A stretch of 63,674 nt of DNA, filler included, from Vezdaea acicularis (GCA_026025075.1; 11 parts of 11 records of this genome joined end to end with filler, not necessarily neighbours in it); one strand, 5' to 3'. Shown: positions 26,619 to 38,838, numbered from the whole stretch's first letter. Numbers and translations: made by a program. Notes: a model not told the origin generated them from the sequence alone.

Positions 26619-27900
26619 ATGGTTAACATTCCCAAGGATCAGATGGCTCAGGTCATCACGAAGACGGGAGGCCGTACATCCCCTTCCGCCCTGACTACTG
26701 TCCTCTTTGGTTAACAGCATGGGCAGCCATCGAATTTAAGAGAATACCCGTCCCAAAGCCGGCATCGGACGAGGTACTTGTCAACGTCAAGTTCAGCGGA
26801 GTCTGCCATACGTAAGATTGCACCCTAGCTATCAATGCTGAAGCCATTACCACTGACAGTCTGAACAGAGATCTGCACGCATGGATGGGTGACTGGCCTC
26901 TGGACACCAAAATGCCTCTCGTCGGCGGGCATGAGGGTGCGGGAGTAGTCGTCTCGAGGGGCGAACTTGTCAAGGATGTTCAGATCGGAGAGCATGTTGG
27001 GATCAAGGTCAGCTGACTTACCGCAAACTACCGAAGAGAAAATGTCCAACTGACTTTCTACGTGCAGTGGATCAATGGCAGCTGTCTCTCCTGTGACTTC
27101 TGTCAACAGGCGGACGAGCCTCTTTGTAGCAAGGCTACCATGTCTGGCTACACTGTTGACGGAACATTCCAACAGTACGCGGTAGCGAAAGCTGCACATG
27201 TAGCGCATCTCGACAAATCCATCCCGCTCGACAAGGTTGCCCCCATTCTCTGCGCTGGCATCACTGTATACAAGGGCTTGAAGGAGTCAGGTGCCCGGCC
27301 GGGCCAAACGGTCGCAATCGTCGGAGCCGGCGGGGGCTTAGGTTCCGTGGCCGTCCAATATGCCAAGGCCATGGGCCTAGAAGTCCTCGGAATCGACACT
27401 GGTGATGAGAAAAAGAAGCTATTCAAGAAGCTCGGAGGCACCACCTTCATCGACTTTGCCCAGTCAAAGGACCTCATCAAAGACGTCAAGGCTGCAACGC
27501 ACAACAACGAGGGGCCCCACGCCGTCCTCCTCGTTGCCGCAAACGAGAAGCCGTTCCAGCAGATAAGTACCCCGAGTCCTTTTTAGGTACGACCAGCCAA
27601 AAGCTAACAATGCAGCACGCAGCCGAGTACGTCCGCTCAAGAGGCACCGTTGTAGCAATGGGCCTCCCCGCCGACGCCTACCTCAAAGCCCCCGTCTTCG
27701 GCTCCGTCATCCGCATGGTCACCATCAAGGGCAGTTACGTCGGCAACCGCCGCGACACCGCCGAGGCCCTCGAGTTCTTCCAGCGTGGCCTCATCGAGTG
27801 CCCCATCAAGATCGTCGGCCTCAGCGAGCTGCCCATGGTTTATGAGAAGATGAAGGCTGGCGCGATCGCGGGGCGGTATGTCGTTGATACGAGCAAATAA
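26619..27900 (+). CDS. adh1: Zinc-type alcohol dehydrogenase 1
   Basis: [48 protein letters not shown]; three GT-AG introns plus a fourth, non-canonical one (about 27563-27618). Confidence 0.96.
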
Positions 27901-28309
27901 GCTCTGTAAGGATTGAATGCAATGCTTTCGTTGGGAAAGGCTTTTGGGGCAACGGGATATGGCTCGGGACCAGGCGTTTTTAGCGGCTTATCATTGGTAG
28001 TAATTGAATAGAGACTCTTAAACACTTGGAAGCATGCTTTGGCCTCGGGGAATGAGTGGTTTGACGCGCAGTAACAAAGTATAGAACATCAAAAGAAGGG
28101 GTTTATGTGGAGTAGAGGATAAGTAGTGCCATCAACCGACTGCGTGTATGAGCATTCTCGCAACCTGAGCACCGTGCGAAATTTTAAACCCTCAGAAACG
28201 CAGCAATTTGACAATCAGAGGCGCTTGCCATTCACAGAGGAATTAACTGATATGCTGTTTCAAGTGTCATGGTGGTGATTGGGCCGGTAAGGTTATGGCT
28301 CCCATACTG

Positions 28310-28630
28310 TGATACCGATCTTAGTAGCCGCACCACCGCCTCGTATCCTCCCTGAGCTGCCCCATTCAGGGCCGTCTTTTCCTCGTTGTCCTTGGCCTCG
28401 ATATCGACTGCTTCTCTCCTTCAGCAGCCGTGCTATAGCCTCGTGCCTTGCCCCAGCTGCCAAGTCCAAGGCCGTCCAATCACAGCTGCGCTTGGCCTCG
28501 ATGTCGACCCCCTTTTCTCCTTCAGCAGCTGGACTATGTCCTCGTGCCGCGAATTGGACATTCCCATTTCGGAGCCGTACAATAAACCTCTTTCTTGCTT
28601 CTCTATTTTCGTTTCCGGTAGGAACATAAT
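28310..28630 (-). pseudogene. Degenerate ankyrin-repeat fragment
   Basis: About three ankyrin units in different frames: ..HEDIVQLLKEK / GVDIEAK..WTALDLAAGARHEAIARLLKE / VDIEAKDN..TALNGAAQGGYEAVVRLL, separated by frameshifts. Confidence 0.7.
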
Positions 28631-28883
28631 TTGGCACTCAAACCCTTCTTCATCTGGAATATAATGAGGATCATCATCACAATCACCTCGTAAGGCTCGA
28701 CTTCAACCATCAATCTCTTGCATCTCCTCACCGTTGTATGCAATGGGAGGGCTCTCCTATCACGGCAGGAGTAGTACTCTTGCAACCGCGAACTCCCTTT
28801 CTGGGGCAGTGATACAGAGTGTGAATTCTCCGCACGATGCTCTTGGCACAATTGAGGGTCAGCAATTCAACAATTTCCTCTGT

Positions 28884-30812
28884 TTAACTCGGATCTCTAA
28901 ATTTCAACACACCAGCTGCACTCCAAAACATAGAAAGAAACAGTCCAACGGTGGTCAAAGGGACAACTGCATTCTGCGGATCGGTAGGTCGCACGGTTTG
29001 CCACCAGATCCAGACTGCTAACGGTCCCGCGCATATGAAAAAGTGATATACGACCACTCTGATCGCTGAGATATCGTGCTGTGCATGTAGTCCCCAGGCC
29101 AGCTCCATTCTGCTTGTTCTTAACTCCAACGCACTTTTTCTTTTAGGAATACGATCTATTGCCGACTTGCCAATGGGCGGTTCGAGGCAATCATGGAAAC
29201 TAGAAAATATGCACCGGGTGCTACATGGCCTGAGTGCCAACTCGAACTCGTGGCGAGTGATTGGAGGACATCTTGCGTGAGGAGCCCGGGGATTATACAC
29301 ATAATGACTGTCGGTTGGTATCTCTTCTCCAGCATTAATCACTCGGTTTGCTCTTATTTTTTCAAACTGACCGCTGTTAGCTCTGGCCGCATATGACTAG
29401 TTACGCAGACATTAGCATACCTTGATGAAATTGCAATGGGTAAGTTGCCAAACTGAGAACCGGTATCTCCAATATCCTCGGTATTCTCTATAACTTCGTT
29501 GGAGGTTACAAAAGAAGGCGCTATCTTCATCATCTTCTTTTATGTCAATTTGGGCTAGATCTATTGTACGGCGTGTTCCCTTAACCCCAAATAATACAAA
29601 CAGTTGAGTTATTGACGGCATCTCGATGCTTTTCTCGTCTGCTTGGTCATCTGGTGATGATCTTTGAGGTGATAGAAGGGTAGTATTGGTTGGACTTGCC
29701 CCCTTTACAACCTTTGTCTCTTTTTTTTGTGACGAATCCCCTGCCGAGCTTCCCGATGATTGGGACGGGTGATTTGCATTGGACGCAAAGCCAGCGGTTT
29801 GAAGTATGCTACTAAACAGGTTGACACTGGGTGCTTTACGTCTTCTCATTCGACATAAATGGGGGTACTGAGATATATCGCCCCTTTGCTCCAGGACAAG
29901 TTCATAAAGTCTGGCGTTTCTTGTAGATAGCTCTGACCAAAGATGCTGGCCACAATGCTGTGGTTTGTTAGAAAGCTTTGATGCACCAATTGATATGAGG
30001 GATAGACTGACACATTGCCAATGTAAACGTGTTTGATCCTTCTTCAATCTGCGCATGCTCGGTCGTAGAGGCCACCAGTTCCAGCTTTCCTCGGTGAGAT
30101 CTTCCATGAATAATTTCATCCTGTTCAGAAGAGAGACATCGTCTTTTGTTGAGAACCATATGCGGTTGCGAGGAATCGACATTATTTCCTGGGTAAGAGA
30201 ATCGAGGGAGTTTGGTAAAAGAAAGAGACCAAGTTTAATTGAAAGTGCCTGGAATGAAGTGCCTCCAATTAAAAAAGCTTCAGCCCCAGCTATATTTGGT
30301 AGAATACTTGATTTTCTGTCGTTTTCGCCATCATTATCTTCCTCACTGCTTGAGTTTTCAAGGTTTGCATTTTCCCATGTTGGCGGCACAAACAAATCGG
30401 TAGGCGGCGTAAAGCCCCTATTTCTTACAATCCAGCCCTCTATGTCCGGCTCTTTTCTTTTCGTGTCCTGGACAAATCGTTCCATCTTTAATCGAGCTTC
30501 CTCGTGCTCCGGAGTAATTGTGTTGACAACAATTTGCGCGATTCTTTTTCTTGTTGCGTTGCTTCTCAGCAGGTGGACTGTAGCCTGCTCAAGGTTTGTT
30601 TTTGTCTCTCGCAAGAGATCCAGGTAATATTGCTTCAACAGTTTTTGGAAGTTCCGGATAAATCGGTCTTTCCCTATCTTCGTCAATGCTTCCTCGTATA
30701 ATGGTGTCAATTTCTTGTTTTGTGCGAGCAAAACTCCCAAGCTGTTTTCAGCAATTATCTCCTCTTTTGTTTTCTTCATCAATATCTGCGATTTGATATC
30801 TTCCTGGTTAGA
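28884..30812 (-). CDS. Uncharacterised fungal protein with two C-terminal TM helices (5' partial)
   Basis: Long ORF open to the contig end; GT-AG introns 29958-30011 (in-frame) and 29367-29420; WNWWPL, HWQC|HCG, YWRYRFSVWQL; hydrophobic C-terminal pair. Confidence 0.75.
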
Positions 30813-30912
30813 NNNNNNNNNNNNNNNNNNNNNNNNNNNNNNNNNNNNNNNNNNNNTTAATTAATTAANNNNNNNNNNNNNNNNNNNNNNNNNNNNNNNN
30901 NNNNNNNNNNNN
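30813..30912. other. Artificial contig linker
   Basis: N44-TTAATTAATTAA-N44. Confidence 0.99.
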
Positions 30913-31404
30913 GGGGGGGGGGGGAGACTGGAGAGCTGTGGACTCAGAGTGAACTTACATCAGGTGGAGTGGTAGGGATGAGAAACACAGGATCCACCAA
31001 AGACTGACGCGGGTCCAACTTATTCCTCGTAAGTTCCTCAAACTTGGTACACCAATATCTAGATCCTTGAATTGGGCGTGCGCCCTGTCGACGTCTTGCC
31101 GGGTTGGCGCGGAGAGACATTGCATGCAATAGTTACTTCCACTTAACAATACGCTGCTCAAAACGTTGATACCCAAGTGAATCCAGAAATTAAGCCTTGA
31201 GGTTTCCTTACAGCTGATATTATCCAAGAGAAGACCAATCCCATCCGAGAATTTAAAATGCTTCTTGATCCAGATTAACACTATAACATTGATCAGTAGT
31301 GACACGGCGGCAAAACCTGCACTGGCAAGGACGCCGGCTCGGTATCCTGTGTAAGCTATCTGTAATTTCTCAAAGAAGTTCCAGATCTTGAAAACCGGGA
31401 CCAT
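30913..31404 (-). CDS. DUF6536-type membrane protein (3' partial, start uncertain)
   Basis: WIHLGINVLSSVLLSGSNYCMQCLSAPTRQDVDRAHA..LDIGVPSLRNL..SSLPLHLM, followed by a GTAAGT donor. Confidence 0.8.
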
Positions 31405-32741
31405 TAATTTTGGAAGCGATGTTTTGTTCCGTAAGGGACTTTGTACGTTGTAAGATCTGAGGCTCCTTGCATAGGTATGAACGGGCCATGCATTTGACTG
31501 CTGCTTAGCCCTATGATTCTATTAAACAAACGACCTCCATCTACCAAAATGGAAACTGACTCATCTGGAGCTTTATTGTGGATCGAGCTGAATTCGATAG
31601 ACTCCCCTAGAGGCTTGAAAGACATCATTTATAGATTAGGACAGCTTGCTACGCTTCGTATCTTTTTATATTCTTGTGGTCAATAACGATTTGGATAAAT
31701 GAAAGCGAGGATGACAAAACTGTTGGTATGTTTGTCATTGCGTCGATATGTTATGCTGACTAGATGTAGGTTCACTACGTATTGACTGCGAAGAATGGAG
31801 CTCAATTTGGAATTGATATTCACCAAACCATCAAATCATGCTTTCGTCAACTTATATATCTCATGATATGTACCTTCGCACTGCCTTCCAGAATCACCCT
31901 GTTTTGGGGCAGTGCAAAGAGTCTTCAAAAGACCAAGTAGACGAGTGATTTTGAGAGAAAAAGTAGACCGTGCGCCTGTTGAGACCTTCCTTTTCTGCCT
32001 GGGGCCGCATTGTTTGCTGAATGGCCTTTAGGCATCCTCATGTTCAGTCGCATCCTCCTTTCCGTGACGTGATACAAAATGTATCATTCGGATCAGATCA
32101 TGCCACGGGCTCTCGATGTAGTTGTTACGAGATTACGACCAACATGATATAGGTCCTTGCTTCATCAACCCGGACCCCTTGCACAGAGATCTCGTCACGC
32201 TCGCGATATCCTGCGCATGATGTGCCTTGAGACCAAGGCATTCCTGAGTCAAACAAAGCCCGTGCACTATGAAGAACAAGGCTTAGCTGGTAGCTGCTAG
32301 CCTGTGTTTTTTCGATACTGCGAGCATTTGAGTTGGATGAATCGATCAGGATCAAGGAACGGAGGACCACAGTGGGCGGCTAACCTAGGGTATTTAAGAC
32401 CGTGTCGCATAAAGCACCCGTCTAAGGCTCAAAGGAAAGAACGAGGAAATCTACTATGACTAGGACGCTGCTACTCAGTTTTGTAGCTTCTTAAGGTTCG
32501 GTTGTCTGTAGAGTACGTGATGATTTTATGTATATCCATGTATTGTACCTTGTATTAAAGACCAGGTACGGCCTCTTGATAAATTAAGGCACATGCTGGA
32601 TCGGCTTTACGCCTATCAAAGATGAGCTTGATGCATAGAAAAAGGCTCGTTCGACATTTCGCTGCTGGAGATCCAGAATCTCGCTAACCTTACCCCGGAT
32701 TCAAGAAAACGGCACGAGAAATCACGGCGCCATTTTAGCCT

Positions 32742-33920
32742 CGAGGCGGTGTTCAAAAGTCTCGCATACGCAAAATCGCAATCCACACATTGAATTCTTG
32801 CACTACGATGGAACCACCAAGCAGTCCTCGTGAAGTTGCCGGCGGTGAATTGCATACGCCTGTTAAAGCCCGTATACGAGGTTACGGTGAAATTGGTATG
32901 GGTCAGCGCCAAATAAGCCGTATAACTGAAGTTCAACAGCCTACCATTTCTCGCATTTTGCGCTACCAAACAAGCCGTTGCAATAGATTAACTCGCACAG
33001 GCCGGCCTCCCAAGATCACTTAAGACTCTTTTCAAAGAATAATTCAATCTTTAGAAGGGCATTATAGCCAACGCAATAAGCCCTGGAGTCAATTGGCTAG
33101 CTCCTTTAACCTTGACTGCAGTGAACAAACTGTTGATAGAGCCATGAATAAAGCAGGCTATTACAAGTGCAAGGCTTGTCAAAAGAGTTATTTAACACTA
33201 TGGGATAAGATTAGACGTATGGATTTTGCTGAATCTGTTCAAAACTACAAAATGGATGATTGGGCAAAGGTTAAATTCAGTGATGAGGTACATTTTAAGG
33301 TTAATGATTGCAATACCGACTGGGTTATACGTACAAGAGGAGAGTGCTATCACAACAATTGTATACAACATGTCCGGCCCAAGGGCAAGATCTGCCTCTC
33401 TATATGGGCTATGTGTGGTCTTAATTATAAGGGACCACTTGTTGTCTACACAAAGAATGGACCTCGAGGTGGCCTCACACAAGACAACTATATACAAAGC
33501 ATTTTGAAGCCACACGTACTACCAATGGCATAAGCTATCCCTGACTTTGTGCTACAAGAAGATAATGATAGTGCACATGGCACTCATATAGGTATTAATC
33601 CTGTCTATGAGTGGAAAAAAACACACGGTATCCAAATGCTCTGGCCATGGCCCCCACACTAGCCTGACTTATCTCCAATTGAGAATGTGTGGAAAATCTT
33701 GAAAGCTCTGGTAAAGCGACGTAAATGCACCACACAACAAGCTTTGATCGAGGCAGTCTACGAGGAATGGGACTTAATCACGATAGCAGAGATTAACAAA
33801 TGCTTTTCTACGCTACCTAAACGCATGCAGCAGTGCGTGGAGCGCAATGGGCTTTCAACGGAATTTTGATGTACATAGTCGCTTATTTTTGCGTATGCGA
33901 GACTTTTGAACACCGCCTCG
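32742..33920 (+). mobile_element. Full-length Tc1/mariner DNA transposon (1179 bp), inactivated
   Basis: Perfect 34-bp TIRs CGAGGCGGTGTTCAAAAGTCTCGCATACGCAAAA at 32742-32775 and 33887-33920, enclosing a transposase. Confidence 0.95.
32808..33869 (+). pseudogene. Tc1-like DDE transposase pseudogene
   Basis: Single frame: HTH (RQISRITEVQQPTISRIL), GRPPKIT, FSDEVHF, LQEDNDSAHG, WPPH*PDLSPIENVW; in-frame stops at 33021, 33531 and 33660. Confidence 0.92.
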
Positions 33921-34470
33921 CCTGGAGCTATGCGATGGGATGACGCTACATCCACGCCCACGTCCCGTGTACTGGACCGCGCTTAGAACGCCCATGTGGC
34001 TGTGACCTTGACCTGTAATAGATGATCAATACCTGGAATTGATTGACATCGGGCTTGTTTTGGGCGTACTCTTTCCATATCACGATTTGCTCTACCTCAA
34101 TAAGATCCTTACCGCTTAAAACGCTTATGATATTCATAACAGTTAATCTAGTCGACATTTAAGTTGACCCTTTTCAATTTGCCTCTGAGGTAAAGCCATT
34201 ACGAGGAAGGGTTAATAGACGCGACAGGATGACGGGAATCTTTACACCGAGCGGAGCGATAAAAGCGCCATTCTTGAAATAGCTTAGAACTACAGTAGCG
34301 GCCGCTTTATGGGCAGTCATGATTCACGCTGTCAGCGCTCGTCTAACTCCAAGGAAGGGAGAACGTAAAGACAGAATCATTGTTAGTGGCGGAAATGTGA
34401 AAGATACCCAACGTCGCACGAATGATTAAGGTGGAAGAGATTAGGGGGATAGCGCAAGGAGTTTACTAAG

Positions 34471-35288
34471 TCAAGTGACATGGTCCATTGCTTTCCATAT
34501 GACCTCGTTTCGTACCTTGCAACCACCGCCTGGTTTGCCTACACAACCAGATTCAAGTGCTTGAGAAACCACATCCAATTTCTCTTCTGAGATGGCGAAT
34601 CGCATTAACATAGCATGCGCTTTTGAACACTCGACTCCTCCATCATCTTGCTCGTCGGTGGTGTCGCTAGTGTCAAGGGCTTGGGTGATATCTGCGCTTG
34701 GATCTTCAGCTAGTCGGGTGAGGACTTTGCACGATGGTAGAGGCTTTATTAATGTTGCGGAACTGTTGGAAGATGGTGCAATCTCGACCGGCCGACTATC
34801 GCATTTGTATTGACAATGGTTTTGAGCAAGTGACCAGTCTTCTGAGGGAGGAGTATCTAATTGAATAAGGGTTTGGGGGAGTGCTGGTAGCCCTTTATGA
34901 TGTATGTTGACCTCCCGATCCTGTTGTGATTAGTCGCGAACATTATCTCCGGAAACGTACGACCTACTAGCTTATCACTATGTTTGCTTCTTGCGACTCC
35001 TGTCCTTTCGCCACTGGAAAGTTCCTGTGGTGATTGCTCGATAGCGTCAGGCGTCCAAGTCTCAATCATATAATCATTCACCCCAACATATCGAAGCAAG
35101 GCTTTCAGCCGCATATTGTCTTCCACAACTCTTCTTGCACTCTGCTGGACTTCCTTCGTTGCTTGAACCCCTTGAGCCTGTAGCTCATTCAATCTGGCTG
35201 CCAGACTGGCAGTGTAGTCTTTCTGCTTCTGTCTGTTTCGTCGCTTGTTGTCTCGAAGTCGAGCAGCACGTTGGCATTCCTGCAACAT
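34471..35288 (-). CDS. bZIP-like transcription factor with Cys-containing C-terminal domain
   Basis: Basic region RLRDNKRRNRQKQKDY plus zipper; intron 34921-34967; exon 2 PSCKVL..GVECSKAH..LESGCV..GGGCKV; 256 aa. Confidence 0.82.
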
Positions 35289-36072
35289 CTTGCATATTTT
35301 AATTGAGTTCTCAATCCTGAGTGTAATGTAGATCAGAAAGAAATAACTTCACATACGTTTGGGACAATTTTTTCCTGTATAGACGACTCCATCTCCCGCG
35401 ATTGCTAGGGAATGATGATAATGAAGGCTGGGAGCACTCCATGATGGCTAACGTGAAGTTGGACGTGCGTTGCACGGCCCCTGCAGTCTTGGCGCTTTTA
35501 CCTTGGCTCAATGTCAGTGTAAGCCACCATCGAAGATGTGGTCAAAATTGATGGCGCATTAAACGGGGGTTCCCCCATAGCTAAATGCTTCACGCTCGAA
35601 AGCGGGAAATGGCCCTGCCAGGCCGCGGATATAATCTAGGGTATAAGAATCTAACAAGAGTAATGGCGTGGTACTATTGAGTTAATACTAAGAATAATCA
35701 TCATTGATTGCCAACGATCTCAGAACTGCTGAAAGTCACGCATGCCGATGGGTAAACATGCCCACTATTCGCTTATGCGCCATCAATTTTGTCCCCCGCT
35801 TCGCATGCACTTTAGGGGAAGTGTCAGCCAATTAGGTCTTGTCTGTCTGTCCCTCCCTCTGCCACCGTCGCAAGCCACTATGTACCATAGAAAAAGCATC
35901 AACCAATCATATCTTGCCTGTCCGTCCCTCTACCGTTCATTGAATTCGTTTACTTATGTCAAGACATATATAGTCACTTGTGCAACTTTACAAGCTGATT
36001 ATGATATGTTCATTGCTAAACTGCTTTATAAGTGAAGACCTTACATGGCTAAAAACACATTAAAATTCCGAG

Positions 36073-36769
36073 ATGGCTACTCCCTTAGCATCCACAGCCA
36101 AACCAATTGGTATAACGCAGGCCTCCAAAAGCCTAAACGATTTGACTGCTCCGAAGGACCAGCGAGATATTGAGACGCAAAATCCTATTGAGCAGGAAGA
36201 ACCAAACCCCTTATCAACAGATGTTGCAGAAGACGCCATATCTGGTCTCGAAGACAACTCTAAAGTCCCTCATCTTCCCCTCCTTAAACTCTTCTGGTTC
36301 TTCTTCTACAATTTTGGACTTTTCGCTTGGGGTGGCCCAGTCGCCCAAATCGCCCTCATCAAAGAACGACTTGTCATTCAAGATCAATGGATAAGTCTCG
36401 AACGGTTCCAACGCGTATTCGCGGTTTATCAGATTCTTCCTGGTCCAGAAGCGGCAGAACTGTGTATGTTCTTTGGATGCTTGTCCGCAGGACGACTTGG
36501 CGGCATTGTTGCTGGATTGGCGTTTATCCTGCCAGGGTTCACGTTGATGTTGTTGGCGAGTTATCTATATTCCTTAGCCGGGCTCGAGAATAAATATTTC
36601 AACGCATCGTTCAAGGCGTTACAACCTATTGTTGCTGCAATGGTATGATTCATACATCCTGCTGAACCCTGGATCTTGGGCTGATGAAGATGCAGATTTT
36701 GAAAGCTGTGCACAAGATAGCGGATCATTCGCTTCTCAGCCAGAGAACGAAGAAGATCGACGTATTCCT
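36073..36769 (+). CDS. chrA: Chromate ion transporter, CHR family (3' partial)
   Basis: FGLFAWGGPVAQIALIKERLV..WIS..FAVYQILPGPEAAELC..GGIVAGLAFILPGF; intron starting at 36643. Confidence 0.9.
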
Positions 36770-36869
36770 NNNNNNNNNNNNNNNNNNNNNNNNNNNNNNN
36801 NNNNNNNNNNNNNTTAATTAATTAANNNNNNNNNNNNNNNNNNNNNNNNNNNNNNNNNNNNNNNNNNNN
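36770..36869. other. Artificial contig linker
   Basis: N44-TTAATTAATTAA-N44. Confidence 0.99.
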
Positions 36870-37396
36870 CCCCCACCCCTCCCCCCGGGCCGCGACTCCG
36901 GCTACGTCTCCAGCAGCAGCGCCGGCGCCGCCCTTCCAAAACCCTCCGGCGGCAAAGAAGACGTCCTCGCATCCATCCGCGCAACGGGCGGGATCGGCGG
37001 GCTGAAGAAGGTTGACCCAGCCTTGAAGCGCGATCGGAGCGAGGCTTTGGTCGCCGCTGACGCCGCTGGCGGGAGCGGAGCGGCTGCGGGTGCGAGTGGG
37101 CCTTCTGGCGCGGCCGCGGGAGAAGGAGGGATGATGGGTGCGCTTGCCGTGGCGCTCGCGGCGCGGAATAAGAAAGTTAGTCGCGCGGATAGCGGTATGT
37201 TTCTTCTCCCCATCTCATTCTTCCTACCTATGTTTTTTTCCCCACTCCTTTTCTTGGAGAATACCGTGTTTCGTGAAGGCTAGGAAGTCACAGCGGCTAA
37301 CGCTTTCTTGGTCATTGCTTGTCAGACGATGAAGAGGAAGACGACGATGATTGGGATGAAACCCCGAAAGCGAAGAGTAAGCTGCATCATCGCTAG
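36870..37396 (+). CDS. las17: WASP/Las17 homolog C-terminus (WH2-central-acidic; 5' partial)
   Basis: GKEDVLASIRATGGIGGLKKV (WH2), MGALAVALAARNKKVS (central), intron 37195-37325, DDEEEDDDDWD (acidic Trp). Confidence 0.88.
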
Positions 37397-38838
37397 CGCC
37401 ATGAGAGCGTTATGAGAGGGGGCCCAAGTGCGTTGATAAAGCGAGATGAAGCACGTGAGGAGATGACGGATTCGAAAATCTCGAGGGGTATGGGAGGTGT
37501 GGGTTGTTGTGAGGTTGGAACGGCGGGTGAGGGTTTTGTGTCTTCTTGCTTGGTGCGGCTTGGCTTGGCTACCTGCTGCTTGCTTCTGCTGCTATTGTAT
37601 CCAGCTCGGGCGTAGATGGGGATAGCGATGGCTATATTCGAGAACGAGAGAATGAGAGAATGAGATGGAGCTCCAGGCTGTAAATACCTCCCTCATTCCC
37701 GAGAGAAGGCTTGAGAAGTGGGGACTACGAAGCTGTCGATGGTAATTGCAAGGCAACGAACGCATATTTCAATCCCCTTGACCGCCCCCTTCCACGGCGT
37801 GAAGGTTTACGTATGCAAAAGAGCAAGTCACTCCACGCCGTCTGAGCACCTCGTTTAAATCCATTCCATTTCCATTTCCATTCCGATGAAATTATATAAT
37901 ACACCCGCACATGCCATCACATCGCTGCCCATCACATCCGCATCCACATCCCCCATCCCATGCCAATCCCCGCCGAAAAAGGGAAAGAAGAAAGAAGAAA
38001 AAAATGTAGAGACGAGCTGGTCAGGAAAAGAGAAAAACGCCCCTTTGCACCCTCCCCAACCCCACACCTTACGGGCTTGTGGAAAGAGAAGGATGCTCGA
38101 CGGCAGTAGCAGCAGCAGCAGCAGTCAGCAACGGACAAGGGGGAAGGGAAAGGGAACATATCCATCGAACCTGTGCAAACGAAATGCCCGAGAAGAACCG
38201 AGGAAGAGGGGATGAGAGGGAGAAAAGGAAAGGAGAGGAAAAGAAAGAACCCCTGATTCGTGCCTTCTGTCGGTTTCTCGCTCGCGCTCCGCTACCCTTT
38301 TCGTCCGTTCAGCTCCAATCAATTTTGTTCCGTCCTCCCTACTTCCACACTCCCTTCCATCTCGTAGCAAGCAAGCAGGCAAGGTGAAGAGGGAAGAAAC
38401 GGCCGCTTCATCGTGATGCAGTTGACGAAACAAGGTTGTTCGAGATTCCTCCGTAAGTGGGCGATCCATCAAGTAGGTATGTTTTTCGGGTAAATGCCGC
38501 TCACTTGGAAGATTGTGGTAAAGCGATGCAAGCAAGGCGGCATGGGAGTATTACAAGACATGGGAGTGTCAAGTTTCGTGCATGCGCTCGCAGGGAATGA
38601 GATTGGGGGGGAAAGTATCAGAAAAAAAGGAAAACCATCGCCCGGAACACCATTTCGTCTATACAGACACCGAATCCAGCTGGCAGAGAAGAGCTTGCAT
38701 GCCAAGTTCGGGGCTTGCTTTTTCTTCCACAAGAAGTAGGCAACGCAATTTCGAGCATTTAAGAGACTTAAAGCACTGCCCAGGCTCCAGAAACCCCCGC
38801 GGCAATAGCGTCGGACCCAGCGAGCAAACTAAGGACAT

